This document shows positions 46,673 to 56,653 of a DNA stretch of 64,000 nt, piece by piece. The translations under genes were made by a program, and so were the position numbers. Numbering within the stretch: position 1 is the stretch's first letter; each line of letters begins with the position of its first letter. This DNA comes from Minisyncoccia bacterium (GTDB taxonomy: Bacteria; Patescibacteriota; Minisyncoccia; Phycocordibacterales; Phycocordibacteraceae). The stretch covers positions 77,530-141,529 of the forward strand of contig JBBQZW010000001.1 of the NCBI GenBank assembly GCA_038207395.1. The letters are read 5' to 3'. Below the pieces are notes generated by a model that worked only from the letters and a program-made list of their open reading frames with translations, did not search any database and was not told the DNA's origin.

Positions 46673-47578
46673 CTAGGATAACTGTAGCGCAAATAGCAGC
46701 ATTAAGAGTCCGAGTATCGTCAAAAAGAAGCGTGTCGTTCGTGGAAGACCCGTAAGAATTGTTGCGACTAGGCGAAATTCAAGTCGAATACTTCCATAGG
46801 GATACAGGCCTGTGTAGAAAGGAGTACGTGTTTCGCGCCACGGGTCAGTCGTGGTGAGTAATCGCAGCGAGTCAGCTTTGAAGAGTTTCTTTAACAGCGT
46901 GCTTTTTGGGTCCTCTACCCACTCCTGTCCACTCCAAAATAAAAGTGGCTGGAAGTGAGTCTTGTATGACATCCATTTGCCATACGTAACACCGAGGTAT
47001 AGATACGCTATTTCCTTACGTTTCAATTCCTCAAGAATAGCGAGGTACACATATAGTCCGAGGTATGAACTTTCAAACTTCTTTGCGTATGCGTGATACC
47101 AGGTATGGACAAAGCCCTCACCATGAACCTCAAGCACATATGCGGCTGGCACATCATTGATACAAAACTCGCGTATATGCGTAACAAAACCTGAGTCAAG
47201 GATTGCTCGGAGGCGTGCTTCAGGCATCGCATCTTTTCCAAATCTGAATGCAAAGTAGCTGAGGAAAAACGATATAAAATCGTTTGTTATAGAAAAAGTC
47301 TCAATGTCATGAAGTTTCGAGGTAATGGGGCCGAGCGCTGACACTCTCCTTCGGACGCGTGCATGATAGTGCCGTTCGTGAAAGTCAGGGACGCGTACCC
47401 GCGTCCCTCGCGCCATATATACCATTCGATCTGGTTGCTCCTTTGCGCCTACGAAAGGCAGAAATCCTTTCTCGTATACATCATCTAGTGAATCAACTTC
47501 TTCCAATTCGCCATACACCGAATACCCAAACGAATAGAGTGCAGGGTTAGCTGAGAGTTCAGAATAAAAGATTCGCAT
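46673..47578 (-). CDS. Arginyl/aspartyl-tRNA-protein transferase (ATE1/Bpt)-like GNAT-fold protein with C-terminal TM
   Basis: YEKGF, R.R, Y..Y......LG.Y..L..L......YLYLG......MSYK..FQP pattern of the ATE C-terminal domain. Confidence 0.7.
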   Translation of the reverse strand: MRIFYSELSANPALYSFGYSVYGELEEVDSLDDVYEKGFLPFVGAKEQPDRMVYMARGTRVRVPDFHERHYHARVRRRVSALGPITSKLHDIETFSITNDFISFFLSYFAFRFGKDAMPEARLRAILDSGFVTHIREFCINDVPAAYVLEVHGEGFVHTWYHAYAKKFESSYLGLYVYLAILEELKRKEIAYLYLGVTYGKWMSYKTHFQPLLFWSGQEWVEDPKSTLLKKLFKADSLRLLTTTDPWRETRTPFYTGLYPYGSIRLEFRLVATILTGLPRTTRFFLTILGLLMLLFALQLS

Positions 47579-47593
47579 GATACGAGTAGTGTA

Positions 47594-48136
47594 TCAAAAA
47601 GTATATACGTACAACTTCCTACCGAGTTTTTTAGGGTCACCGGTTGAGAGCGCGACCTCCCTATCTTCTTTTCGCTTACTAAATACAAAATCAAGCGAGT
47701 AGACCGAAGCTCCTGGCTTTAACTCTTTCTCTACCTTCGCAAGTAAGGCATCCATGACCTGCGGATACAAATAGGTGTACACATGCGTTGCATCCGCAAG
47801 ACTATGAGTTTCAAACATGCCATGACGTATCTGGATGGATGTTCCGCGTGTACGGTATCGTGCAATAAAATATGGGATGAATTGAAACTCAATTCCAACG
47901 AATTTCGCCTGAGGATTCTGTTTTGCAATTTCTATGAGCATTCGTGCGTCTCCGCATCCAAGATCGTAGAAGACGCTTCCTTTCGGAAGCGTCCCGATAA
48001 GCGAGACAATCTCATGCATGACTTCAGTACGCGTTGGAACAAAGGGAGCACGTGAGGGTAGAAGCACCATCATGCGTATGAAAAGAACGCAGTAGGTTAT
48101 GACTACCAAGTCGAGGAGCAGAATAAGCCAAGTCAT
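47594..48136 (-). CDS. Membrane-anchored SAM-dependent methyltransferase
   Basis: N-terminal TM, APFVPT, YDLGCGDAR, YTYL.P, ELKPG; start after tRNA-Ser. Confidence 0.9.
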   Translation of the reverse strand: MTWLILLLDLVVITYCVLFIRMMVLLPSRAPFVPTRTEVMHEIVSLIGTLPKGSVFYDLGCGDARMLIEIAKQNPQAKFVGIEFQFIPYFIARYRTRGTSIQIRHGMFETHSLADATHVYTYLYPQVMDALLAKVEKELKPGASVYSLDFVFSKRKEDREVALSTGDPKKLGRKLYVYTF

Positions 48137-48144
48137 ATTTTGTG

Positions 48145-48232
48145 TGGCGGAGGCGGAGAGATTTGAACTCTCGATGCCTTGCGACATGCCGGTTTTCGAA
48201 ACCGGTGGAATAAACCACTATCCGACGCCTCC
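48145..48232 (-). tRNA. tRNA-Ser (CGA), CCA encoded
   Basis: GGAGGCG/CGCCTCC, CCGGT-TT-CGA-AA-ACCGG, long variable arm. Confidence 0.94.
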
Positions 48233-48297
48233 AAGGCCTTCAGTACTGCACATCCTATCATTTTTCGCATAAAATGATATCGTAATTTAGTTCATAT

Positions 48298-48369
48298 GGT
48301 CCCATCGTCTAACGGTTAGGACGCCCGCCTTTCACGCAGGAAATCGGGGTTCGATTCCCCGTGGGATCA
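48298..48369 (+). tRNA. tRNA-Glu (TTC)
   Basis: GGTCCCATCGTCTAACGGTTAGGAC, loop CT-TTC-AC, GGTTCGATTCC. Confidence 0.93.
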
Positions 48370-48530
48370 CATTGGAATTCAAGATGGTAAACCGACCATT
48401 TTAAAGAAAAGACACCTCATGAGAGGTGTCTTTTCTTTAATACATTTCGGCAAGAGGTAGTTCTGCCGAAACGGTGGATTATGCAATATCGTTTGAAAGC
48501 ACTTCATAAGTAAGGTATTCTGCAATAAAT

Positions 48531-48603
48531 GCGCGGTTAGCTCAGTTGGTAGAGCGCGTCATTGACGTTGACGATGTCGGGGGTTCGAATCCCTCACCGC
48601 GCA
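48531..48603 (+). tRNA. tRNA-Val (GAC)
   Basis: CGTCA-TT-GAC-GT-TGACG, TAGCTCAG, GGTTCGAATCC. Confidence 0.94.
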
Positions 48604-48606
48604 CCC

Positions 48607-49473
48607 ATGGAAACTCCCCGAACAATCATCCTCTATCACGGCAACTGTCCGGATGGTTTTGGAGGTGCCTATGCTGCGTGGAAGAAGTTTGGAGATTCTG
48701 CCGAATACTACGCACTCTCCCGCACCATGCCAGAGCCTGAGTCACTTCATGGCGCAACGCTGTACTTCATTGATTTCTGCTATCCGCAGGAAATTATGGA
48801 CACGTATGTAGCTCAAGCAGGAAAGCTGGTCATGCTTGATCACCATGAGGGGGTTGAAGATATTGTTCGTTCTATGCCGGAATTTGTATATGACTCAAAT
48901 CGTTCAGGTGCCTCTATCGCCTGGGACTATTTCCATCCTGGTGTCCCTATGCCGAATCTTCTTCGGTATGTTGAAGATGATGATCTTTTCCGTTTTGCAC
49001 TTCCTGATACCAAAGCAGTACTCGCCTACCTTGCGGTACAGCCTCATACTTTTGAACTTTGGGACGCAATAGCGGTTGACCTTGATAATCCAGAACACTC
49101 AGTAACGTTCATGGAGAAACTCCACACCTACCGCGAATATTTTGATCTTCTCGTAGAGTACACCGCATCACGTGCAAAACCGGTTATGTTTGAAGGTCAC
49201 GAAGTGTATTTGGTAACGGTGAATCCGCTTAAACCATTCGTATCAGCGGTCGGTGCGTCACTTCGTCAGAAGCACCCTCCCTTTGCACTCATGGCACATG
49301 CCTTTGCAGGAGGAATGCGTATATCCATGCGCGGGGACGGATCGATAGACCTTACGAAAATTGCTCAGAAGTATGGAGGAAATGGACACCCTAACTCTGC
49401 AGCATTCTCTCTTGAATGGGGGTCACCACTTCCCTGGACGCCTGTTGAACAAGATGAAACTTCTAGCCATTGA
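48607..49473 (+). CDS. DHH/DHHA1 phosphoesterase
   Basis: YH..CPDG, IDF, LDHH, SGA, ISMR, GGNGH.NSA; ATG at 48607 just after the tRNA. Confidence 0.92.
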   Translation: METPRTIILYHGNCPDGFGGAYAAWKKFGDSAEYYALSRTMPEPESLHGATLYFIDFCYPQEIMDTYVAQAGKLVMLDHHEGVEDIVRSMPEFVYDSNRSGASIAWDYFHPGVPMPNLLRYVEDDDLFRFALPDTKAVLAYLAVQPHTFELWDAIAVDLDNPEHSVTFMEKLHTYREYFDLLVEYTASRAKPVMFEGHEVYLVTVNPLKPFVSAVGASLRQKHPPFALMAHAFAGGMRISMRGDGSIDLTKIAQKYGGNGHPNSAAFSLEWGSPLPWTPVEQDETSSH

Positions 49474-50671
49474 GACGAGCTGCGACGAAACCGCAGTTTC
49501 CATACTTGAAGGAGTAATGAACGGTACGGGCAGTTCAGCAACGTTTACCGTACTCGGCAATGCACTTCTTTCACAGATTGATATTCACAGGGAATTCGGG
49601 GGCGTCTTTCCTATGGTCGCAAAGCGCGAACATGCCAAACACCTCTTAAGCCTTACCTACAAAGCATTAAATGACGCTGACCTTTTGGATGAAGATGCTC
49701 AAATCATTCCTCCTAAGATGTATATGGATGTCGCAGATTTGCTTGTACGTGAAGAAGGTATGGCAACCAGTCTCCTTATGCTGGCTGAAACAGTAAATCC
49801 TCCGGAAATTGATGCAATAGCAGTAACTGCCGGTCCCGGACTTGAGCCCGCGTTATGGGTTGGAGTTAATTTCGCAAAAGCGCTTTCGTTACTTTGGAAT
49901 AAACCAATCGTTTCTGTAAACCACATGGAAGGGCATATTTGCGCAGCACTTGCTCAAATACATGGTTCGCACGAACAAGATAATGGAACTATCGCACAGG
50001 ACATATCTCTCCCCGAAATCGAACTCCCTCTCCTTTCACTCCTTATTTCTGGTGGACACACAGAACTCGTTCTTTCAAAAACATGGGGAGAGTTTGAGCT
50101 CATAGGCGCAACCCGCGATGATGCTGTCGGTGAAGCGTTTGATAAAGTGGCGCGCATGCTTGGTCTTCCGTATCCAGGTGGTCCTGAAGTTTCTAAACTA
50201 GCGGAGATTGCGCGTGAGATTGGCAGTACTGAAGAAGTGCCGCTACCCCGCCCTATGATTCACGAACCGCACTGTGATTTTTCATTCAGCGGACTCAAAA
50301 CATCCGTCCTCTACCGTATTAAAGATCTGGAACTAACGGAAGAAAAGAAACAATCCATCGCGCGTGAGTTTGAAGACGCAGCGGGAGATGTGCTCTATGC
50401 AAAAACAAAACGAGCGCTCGAAGAGTCAGGGGCAAAGACGCTCGCGCTTGGTGGCGGTGTTTCTGCCAACACTCACATAAAGCGTATGTTCCGTGCTCGG
50501 CTTGCCGAAGACTTCCCCGATGTATACCTCGCCATCCCTGAACCGATACTCACGACTGATAACGCGATAATGATTGGTCTTGCTGGTTTTTACCATGCAG
50601 AACGTGGCGACTTTACCGATTCAGCCATCCTCAAAGCTGACGGGAACCGCAAACTTGCTTCTAAAAAATAG
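49454..50671 (+). CDS. tsaD: tRNA N6-adenosine threonylcarbamoyltransferase
   Basis: LAIETSCDET, HMEGH, SGGHT, DDAVGEAFDK, FSFSGLKT, DNAIMI. Confidence 0.97.
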   Translation: MKLLAIETSCDETAVSILEGVMNGTGSSATFTVLGNALLSQIDIHREFGGVFPMVAKREHAKHLLSLTYKALNDADLLDEDAQIIPPKMYMDVADLLVREEGMATSLLMLAETVNPPEIDAIAVTAGPGLEPALWVGVNFAKALSLLWNKPIVSVNHMEGHICAALAQIHGSHEQDNGTIAQDISLPEIELPLLSLLISGGHTELVLSKTWGEFELIGATRDDAVGEAFDKVARMLGLPYPGGPEVSKLAEIAREIGSTEEVPLPRPMIHEPHCDFSFSGLKTSVLYRIKDLELTEEKKQSIAREFEDAAGDVLYAKTKRALEESGAKTLALGGGVSANTHIKRMFRARLAEDFPDVYLAIPEPILTTDNAIMIGLAGFYHAERGDFTDSAILKADGNRKLASKK

Positions 50672-50711
50672 CCCGAGCATCTGCGGCCTATATTTGCTAT
50701 AGTCTAGATAA

Positions 50712-52862
50712 ATGGACGACAAATTCCTCAAGCCATATGACCCAGCAATTACTGAGAACCGCATCTACAGGATGTGGGAGGAGAGTGGGTTTTTTAACCC
50801 AGACAACCTTCCTGACGAACTAGTGTCTGAAAATGGAAAGCCGTACACGATAGTAATGCCGCCGCCAAATGCAAACGGTGATTTGCATGCGGGACACGCC
50901 TTGTTTGTCTCACTTCAGGATCTTTTGACACGCTTCAAGCGTATGCAAGGGTATCGCGCCCTTTGGATTCCCGGAGCAGACCACGCAGGGTTTGAGACGC
51001 AAGTCGTATATGAGAAGAAACTTGAAAAAGAAGGGCGTTCTCGTTTCGGAATGGATCCAAAAGAATTGTATGAAGAAATACTTGCATTTACCCTGGCGAA
51101 TAAATCAACCATGGAGAATCAGGTACGCGCGCTTGGAGCATCATGTGACTGGTCACGTGAGAAGTTTACGCTTGATCCTGATGTTGTTGAGCGAGTACAG
51201 GATACGTTCATAAAAATGTTTAATGACGAACTCGTATATCGTGGAAAGCGCACCGTTAACTGGTGTCCAAAGCATCAGACATCTCTCTCGGATATTGAAA
51301 CGACCAGTGTAGAAGAACAAACTCCTTTCTACACCTTTAAATATGGGCCATTTGAGATTGGTACGGTGCGCCCTGAGACTAAGTTTGGAGATAAGTACGT
51401 GGTCATGCACCCAGAAGATGAACGGTATGCGCAGTACGCCCACGGGGACACGTTTGATCTTGAATGGATTAACGGTCCAATCACTGCGACGGTAATCAAA
51501 GATACTTCCGTTGATCCTGATTTTGGAACGGGGGTTATGACTATTACTCCTTGGCATAGTGGTATCGACTTTGAAATTGCCAAGCGTCATAATTTGGATT
51601 TTGAACAGATTATCGACTGGCGAGGAAAATTACTCCCTATCGCCGGTGAATTTACGGAGATGAAGATAACGGACGCTCGCCAGAAGATTGTCGAGAAGCT
51701 TGAGGCAAAGGGATTACTTGTATCAACCAATACTGACTACAAGAACGTAGTGAAGCGCTGTTATAAATGCAACTCAATGATTGAGCCTCAGGTTAAAGAT
51801 CAGTGGTTTGTTAAAATGGCTCCCCTTGCTGAAAAAGCAATCGAGGCAGTTAACGCAGGTGATATTCGTTTTATTCCTGAGCACGAAGAAAAGATATTTC
51901 GTCATTGGATGGAAGATACATTGGATTGGAACATCTCTCGTCAGATTATTTGGGGTATTCCAATCCCCGCGTGGTTCAAGGATGGCGAAGCACGAGCCAG
52001 CCGAGTATGTCCTGGTGAAGGATGGGTACAAGATATTGATACCTTTGATACCTGGTTTTCCTCAGGTCAGTGGCCGCTCATGACCACAAGGTACCCAGAT
52101 GGAAAAGATTTTGAGACACACTATCCAACAGACGTGATGGAAACCGGAAGAGATATTATCTTCTTCTGGGTTGCGCGAATGATTTGTTTTGGTCTGTATC
52201 TCACGGGTAAGGCGCCCTTCCATACCGTATATCTTCACGGTCTCGTGAATGACGCACAGAATAAAAAGATGTCTAAATCAAAAGGGAATGTTATTAATCC
52301 TCTGGAACTAACTGACAAGTATGGTACTGATGCCCTTCGTATGGCGCTTATCGTTGGCAATACTCCCGGAACTGACCTTGCATTGCGTGAAGATAAGATC
52401 AAGGGGTATAAAAACTTCGCCAATAAGCTTTGGAATATTACCAGATTCATTCTTGAAAATACTGAAGATGTAGACAGTGGTGTGCCACTCACTGCTGACG
52501 ATTACGCAATGCGTAGTGAACTTACGGCTCTCATATCCGACATCACCAAAGATATGGATGCATATCGTTTGTACCTTGCTGCTGAAAAGATATATCACTA
52601 TATCTGGGATCGCCTTGCATCGGAGATTCTTGAAGATTCGAAAAAGATATTTGCAAACGAATCAGAAACTGAAGCGATTGCATCACGCAAAGCACTTCTG
52701 CGTTCTCTTCTGCGCGACATACTCACCATCCTTCATCCGTTCATGCCATTCATAACTGAGGAAATCTGGCAGTCAATACCTGAAACTCAAGGTATGCTAC
52801 TAGTATCGCCGTGGCCACAGGTTTCTGTAGCTGCATCAGATACTACGCATGCACCTTCTTGA
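50712..52862 (+). CDS. valS: Valyl-tRNA synthetase (no C-terminal coiled-coil arm)
   Basis: PPPNANG.LHAGH, DWNISRQ, DTWFSS, KMSKS. Confidence 0.97.
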   Translation: MDDKFLKPYDPAITENRIYRMWEESGFFNPDNLPDELVSENGKPYTIVMPPPNANGDLHAGHALFVSLQDLLTRFKRMQGYRALWIPGADHAGFETQVVYEKKLEKEGRSRFGMDPKELYEEILAFTLANKSTMENQVRALGASCDWSREKFTLDPDVVERVQDTFIKMFNDELVYRGKRTVNWCPKHQTSLSDIETTSVEEQTPFYTFKYGPFEIGTVRPETKFGDKYVVMHPEDERYAQYAHGDTFDLEWINGPITATVIKDTSVDPDFGTGVMTITPWHSGIDFEIAKRHNLDFEQIIDWRGKLLPIAGEFTEMKITDARQKIVEKLEAKGLLVSTNTDYKNVVKRCYKCNSMIEPQVKDQWFVKMAPLAEKAIEAVNAGDIRFIPEHEEKIFRHWMEDTLDWNISRQIIWGIPIPAWFKDGEARASRVCPGEGWVQDIDTFDTWFSSGQWPLMTTRYPDGKDFETHYPTDVMETGRDIIFFWVARMICFGLYLTGKAPFHTVYLHGLVNDAQNKKMSKSKGNVINPLELTDKYGTDALRMALIVGNTPGTDLALREDKIKGYKNFANKLWNITRFILENTEDVDSGVPLTADDYAMRSELTALISDITKDMDAYRLYLAAEKIYHYIWDRLASEILEDSKKIFANESETEAIASRKALLRSLLRDILTILHPFMPFITEEIWQSIPETQGMLLVSPWPQVSVAASDTTHAPS

Positions 52863-53610
52863 GTCTTCTACACTACAAACTATTGGATACGCATTCATAG
52901 GCGGGCTTATGCCCGCCTTAGTGTGGCTCTACTTTCTTCTCAAGGAAGACTACCGCCACCCTGAACCACGCTCTATTCTCTTTCTCGCATTTATTGCAGG
53001 AATGATTGCCGTACCTATTGCGATACCGCTTGAGTCGTTAGCCCGCAATTATCTCTTTACGACAGTCGCAACCTGTTCACCTTACCTTCCACTTTGTCTC
53101 CCGGTAATTGCCGCTTGGGCGGTTATTGAAGAAGTTCTTAAGTATGGCTTGTGTGCTGCGTTTATCCTCTGGCGCAAAGATGTGGATGAGCCTATCGACC
53201 TGGTAATTTATATGCTTACGACTGCGCTTGGTTTTGCCGCTCTTGAAAACGCACTCTTTCTTATCGAACCGCTCGCCGCTCGTAATTTTCTTTCTGCACT
53301 TGCAACAGATAATTTACGTTTTGTCGGTTCTACGCTTCTTCATATTATTGCAACAAGTATCATTGGATTTACACTCGCTCTTGCACACACGATGCCGCGC
53401 GCTTCGCGCGCGTTCATATCTTCATGCGGACTTATCCTCGCCATTTCGTTGCACACCACCTTTAACTTCCTTATAATTCCACGAGGCGACACGCACAGCA
53501 TCCTCAGCGCATTCTTATTCGTCTGGAGTGGTGCAATAATCTTCTTCGGCCTCTTTGAAGTGTTAAAATACTTCGAGTATCGAGCGCCTAGTAATCCGTA
53601 TACCTACTAA
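52849..53610 (+). CDS. PrsW-family intramembrane metalloprotease
   Basis: D..HPEP, IEEVLK, ALGFAALEN, LLH, LH..FN. Confidence 0.92.
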   Translation: MHLLESSTLQTIGYAFIGGLMPALVWLYFLLKEDYRHPEPRSILFLAFIAGMIAVPIAIPLESLARNYLFTTVATCSPYLPLCLPVIAAWAVIEEVLKYGLCAAFILWRKDVDEPIDLVIYMLTTALGFAALENALFLIEPLAARNFLSALATDNLRFVGSTLLHIIATSIIGFTLALAHTMPRASRAFISSCGLILAISLHTTFNFLIIPRGDTHSILSAFLFVWSGAIIFFGLFEVLKYFEYRAPSNPYTY

Positions 53611-53624
53611 CTTTTCTTTTATCC

Positions 53625-54146
53625 ATGAAAAAACGATCTTTCTTTGAGCGCCTCTCCGGTTCGGTACCGGTGAATGACGACTATGATGCTTTTGAGGAAG
53701 ACATGCCTCTTCCCCGACGCCAGGCTGCTATTCCCGCAATGCCTATGGCACAGACTGCACCAGCTCCAACACAACAGCCTCAGACAGCATTTCTTCATCA
53801 AGAAGATGAACCTGCTGAAGGACAGCTTCCGGTAGACGTATATCAAACTCCTAGTGAAATTGTTATTCGTACATTTATCGCCGGTGTTCGCCCTGACGAA
53901 ATTAATCTTTCAATAAGCCGGGATATGGTTGTAATCGAAGGCGCTCGCGCAGAACGAGAAACTATTGCTGACTCAGAATATTTTAACCGTGAACTTTTCT
54001 GGGGTTCATTCTCGCGTACAATTCTTCTTCCTCAGGAAGTTGATGTGGAGAATTCCTCAGCAAGTGCAAAGGATGGTCTCTTAACACTTATCCTTCCAAA
54101 GCTTGATAAGGCACGTCAAACCAAACTTCGTGTAAAGGCAGGGTAA
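53625..54146 (+). CDS. Hsp20/alpha-crystallin small heat-shock protein
   Basis: VDVYQT, ELFWGSFSRTILLP, A..KDGLL.L.LPK. Confidence 0.95.
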   Translation: MKKRSFFERLSGSVPVNDDYDAFEEDMPLPRRQAAIPAMPMAQTAPAPTQQPQTAFLHQEDEPAEGQLPVDVYQTPSEIVIRTFIAGVRPDEINLSISRDMVVIEGARAERETIADSEYFNRELFWGSFSRTILLPQEVDVENSSASAKDGLLTLILPKLDKARQTKLRVKAG

Positions 54147-54185
54147 AGAAAACAGGTCCCTTTGTAACAAAGTCTCTAGGCGCTC

Positions 54186-55268
54186 CTAGAGACTTTGTTC
54201 GATTAATACTGGCGCTGAATCTGCCGCTACAATAGTAACGTTAAATTTACCTATCGTTTGCCCGTTCAAGGTCTTAACAAGTACGCGCCACGTTCCGGGA
54301 TCAGGATCGCTTATAAGAGAATATCCTCGATACCCTTCTGCACGTCCGCCCGAAAGCCCGAAAGCGACCGTAGATTTAGTGTTCCAAGAGCGGGTAGTTT
54401 CGTTATATCGCTGCCATTCATGTACAACACTGGTGGTAAAGGCTCCTGGTGCAAAAATAGCGCTGTATGCGTACAGTGGAGTGCCTTTAAGATGATGTAC
54501 AACGGGAGATCGAAGGTCCCACCAATCCGGTGCCTTCTCACCCTGTACCACGTACGCCGCACCTTCGTGAGTCAGAGAATGATAGATACCCCCCGATTTA
54601 AGGGTTAGCGGGATTGGTGGCAAAAGACCAGCAACATATGACCCTACCACTGCTCCTGTAATGAGTATCGTACTTATAAGTATGACGGTCAGTGCGCTCA
54701 TAAGACGCTTTCTATCGGCAAGCGAAAGTACAAACAGATATAGTCCGAACACCGTAAGTGTTATACCGGTGCTTCCTAGAAATATGTTCGTACCGATTTC
54801 ATGTACATACAGTGGAAGTGCAAAAATAAAGAATGCATACAGTGAGAAATATACGAGGAGTGTTTGAAATATTAAATGTTCGCGGTAGTTACGAAAAACT
54901 TCGTTACCAAAGAAGATAAGAAGCAGAAGTATGAGAAACGGCCACGAAACCGAAAATACAGCACTCTTGGTATAGAAAATAACGAACCCTGACAAAAGGC
55001 TACCGAACATGAATTGCGCAAACAGCGGTGCAAGAATTGAAATAGGGCGCGTTATAGCTCCCCTACTCCCGTGGAGACGGTGGGCAACGACCGTTGTTAT
55101 AAGTACGGCTACCAAATAGAGTGCAAACAAAAAGGTAACTGAGGGTAAATCAAGTAACCCAAAGGTAAGCAAATCTGTTATGAATCCCGTAATAAACAGA
55201 GTTGTAGCGAGTGATCGTTCATTCCGTTTTAGAAATGTCAGTATCGTATCGTATGAGCGCGAAGCCAT
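54186..55268 (-). CDS. DUF2914-family membrane protein
   Basis: About seven TMs, then AYSAIFAP...HEW...GGR.EGYRGYS...PG.WRV.V; start uncertain. Confidence 0.8.
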   Translation of the reverse strand: MASRSYDTILTFLKRNERSLATTLFITGFITDLLTFGLLDLPSVTFLFALYLVAVLITTVVAHRLHGSRGAITRPISILAPLFAQFMFGSLLSGFVIFYTKSAVFSVSWPFLILLLLIFFGNEVFRNYREHLIFQTLLVYFSLYAFFIFALPLYVHEIGTNIFLGSTGITLTVFGLYLFVLSLADRKRLMSALTVILISTILITGAVVGSYVAGLLPPIPLTLKSGGIYHSLTHEGAAYVVQGEKAPDWWDLRSPVVHHLKGTPLYAYSAIFAPGAFTTSVVHEWQRYNETTRSWNTKSTVAFGLSGGRAEGYRGYSLISDPDPGTWRVLVKTLNGQTIGKFNVTIVAADSAPVLIEQSL

Positions 55269-55318
55269 ACGCATATAGTACACGAAACACTACTCGTCCA
55301 TCCCTTAGTACCCCTATC

Positions 55319-55394
55319 TGGTGCTTGGAGCCGGATTCGAACCGGCGACCCTTCCCTCTTCAGGGGAATGCTCTACCAACTGAGCTATCCAAGC
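55319..55394 (-). tRNA. tRNA-Phe (GAA), CCA encoded
   Basis: GCTTGGA/TCCAAGC, TTCCC-CT-GAA-GA-GGGAA, GGTTCGAATCC. Confidence 0.94.
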
Positions 55395-55482
55395 AAATAC
55401 CCTTGTAGGGTATGGCTATCGTACCACAATCACCTTATTTCTTCACCTCTTTCAAGCGTAGACCTGGACCGGTAAAACACTC

Positions 55483-55791
55483 CTATGGTGTAGTAGTGGC
55501 CGCTGCTTCTGGACGATATGCCTTAATGAGACTTTGCAGCTGATCAGCTGATGGCAATCCAAAAAGGTTCTTTGCGTTCCCTTCGGAATAGGAAACCGGT
55601 AGTATCGAATTAATGAGAGGGCCAAGTACAAAGAACGGCAGAATAAGTACCACAGCCCAGAGAACTATTTTGCCCCAGAATGACCATCGAAGCGTGCGCT
55701 GAATACCGGTAAGTACTCTATTATTCTCTTCGGCCAGCTCAAGCGTCTCTTCCATCATCTGCTCAAGTCGATCGATTGTTTTTTCGTCCAT
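55483..55791 (-). CDS. Single-TM hypothetical protein
   Basis: LAEENN.VL..I.R helix followed by a TM. Confidence 0.8.
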   Translation of the reverse strand: MDEKTIDRLEQMMEETLELAEENNRVLTGIQRTLRWSFWGKIVLWAVVLILPFFVLGPLINSILPVSYSEGNAKNLFGLPSADQLQSLIKAYRPEAAATTTP

Positions 55792-55797
55792 ACAGAA

Positions 55798-56346
55798 TTA
55801 TATCGCTGACTTTACAGTAAAGGTAAAACGGTACGCACCTAGCTCAGGAGCTCCTGACATACGACGCTCTGGATCAACTGACTCAAAGCTGATGTTTGTT
55901 CCAAATATCGTCATCGATTTTCCTAGATCAATGGTACGTGTCTCACTGGTACCCATTCCACTTACGCGTAACGAAAGAGAAACCGTTCCTGCTTGTATAC
56001 AGCGAACGTCCACAGGACAGCGACTATCCGTAAGAATAGCGACTGGACGAATAGATACTGCATTTTTAAAACCAGCTACTTGGTTTAATGACAGAGTCGT
56101 CGAACCGTAAGGATAGTAGTGCGTTACACCCGTTGAGGTCGGCTTGGGGCCAGTTCCTTCCGAGTATGTTTCTGACTGACTTGAAGTAGGAGTGGTGGAT
56201 GGCTCTGAAACGGGAGAGGTGCTTGTTGCAAGACCATCAGTACGGAGCACCGGTGCCTCAGGTGACTGAGTTATGATAAGTCCAATGGCGATAATAAGCA
56301 CAATACCCAGGATTGTACCCGGGAAAATAAATTCTTTCTTGTCCAT
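55798..56346 (-). CDS. Membrane-anchored protein with DSRCP.DV.CIQAG domain
   Basis: TM, Ser/Thr/Pro linker, DSRCPVDVRCIQAG; start MDKKEF set by TATACT-6nt-ATG. Confidence 0.8.
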   Translation of the reverse strand: MDKKEFIFPGTILGIVLIIAIGLIITQSPEAPVLRTDGLATSTSPVSEPSTTPTSSQSETYSEGTGPKPTSTGVTHYYPYGSTTLSLNQVAGFKNAVSIRPVAILTDSRCPVDVRCIQAGTVSLSLRVSGMGTSETRTIDLGKSMTIFGTNISFESVDPERRMSGAPELGAYRFTFTVKSAI

Positions 56347-56426
56347 ACCTACAGTATACCTGGCATTTCCAGCCCGTAAAATAGGAGACTCGAGAAACTT
56401 ATTTCTCTTAAACCTCCTAAACAAAG

Positions 56427-56498
56427 TGTCCTCGCCAGGAGTCGAACCTGGATTACCGCGTTAGGAGTGCGGAGTTCTATCCATTGAACTACGAGGAC
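56427..56498 (-). tRNA. tRNA-Arg (CCT)
   Basis: GTCCTCG/CGAGGAC, loop CT-CCT-AA, GGTTCGACTCC. Confidence 0.92.
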
Positions 56499-56591
56499 AA
56501 GTGAGACATCAAGCAAAGGCTTTGATTTGCTTGATTGTCGAACGCAGTCCGGGCAAGCCGTATCGGCTTACGAGGACAAGTGAGACATCAA
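56490..56591. repeat. 23-bp direct repeat overlapping the tRNA-Arg 5' end, flanking a palindromic spacer
   Basis: tacgaggacaagtgagacatcaa at 56490-56512 and 56569-56591. Confidence 0.85.
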
Positions 56592-56653
56592 ACAAGGGTA
56601 CAGTACCATAAAAGCCCCCCTCCGCAGGAGGGGGGCTTTTATGTATGAACAAC

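Noticed and set aside
48562-48606. N-terminal extension of the DHH ORF (likewise 48137-48187 for the methyltransferase)
   Set aside because: These extensions run through tRNA-Val and tRNA-Ser; downstream ATGs give clean starts.
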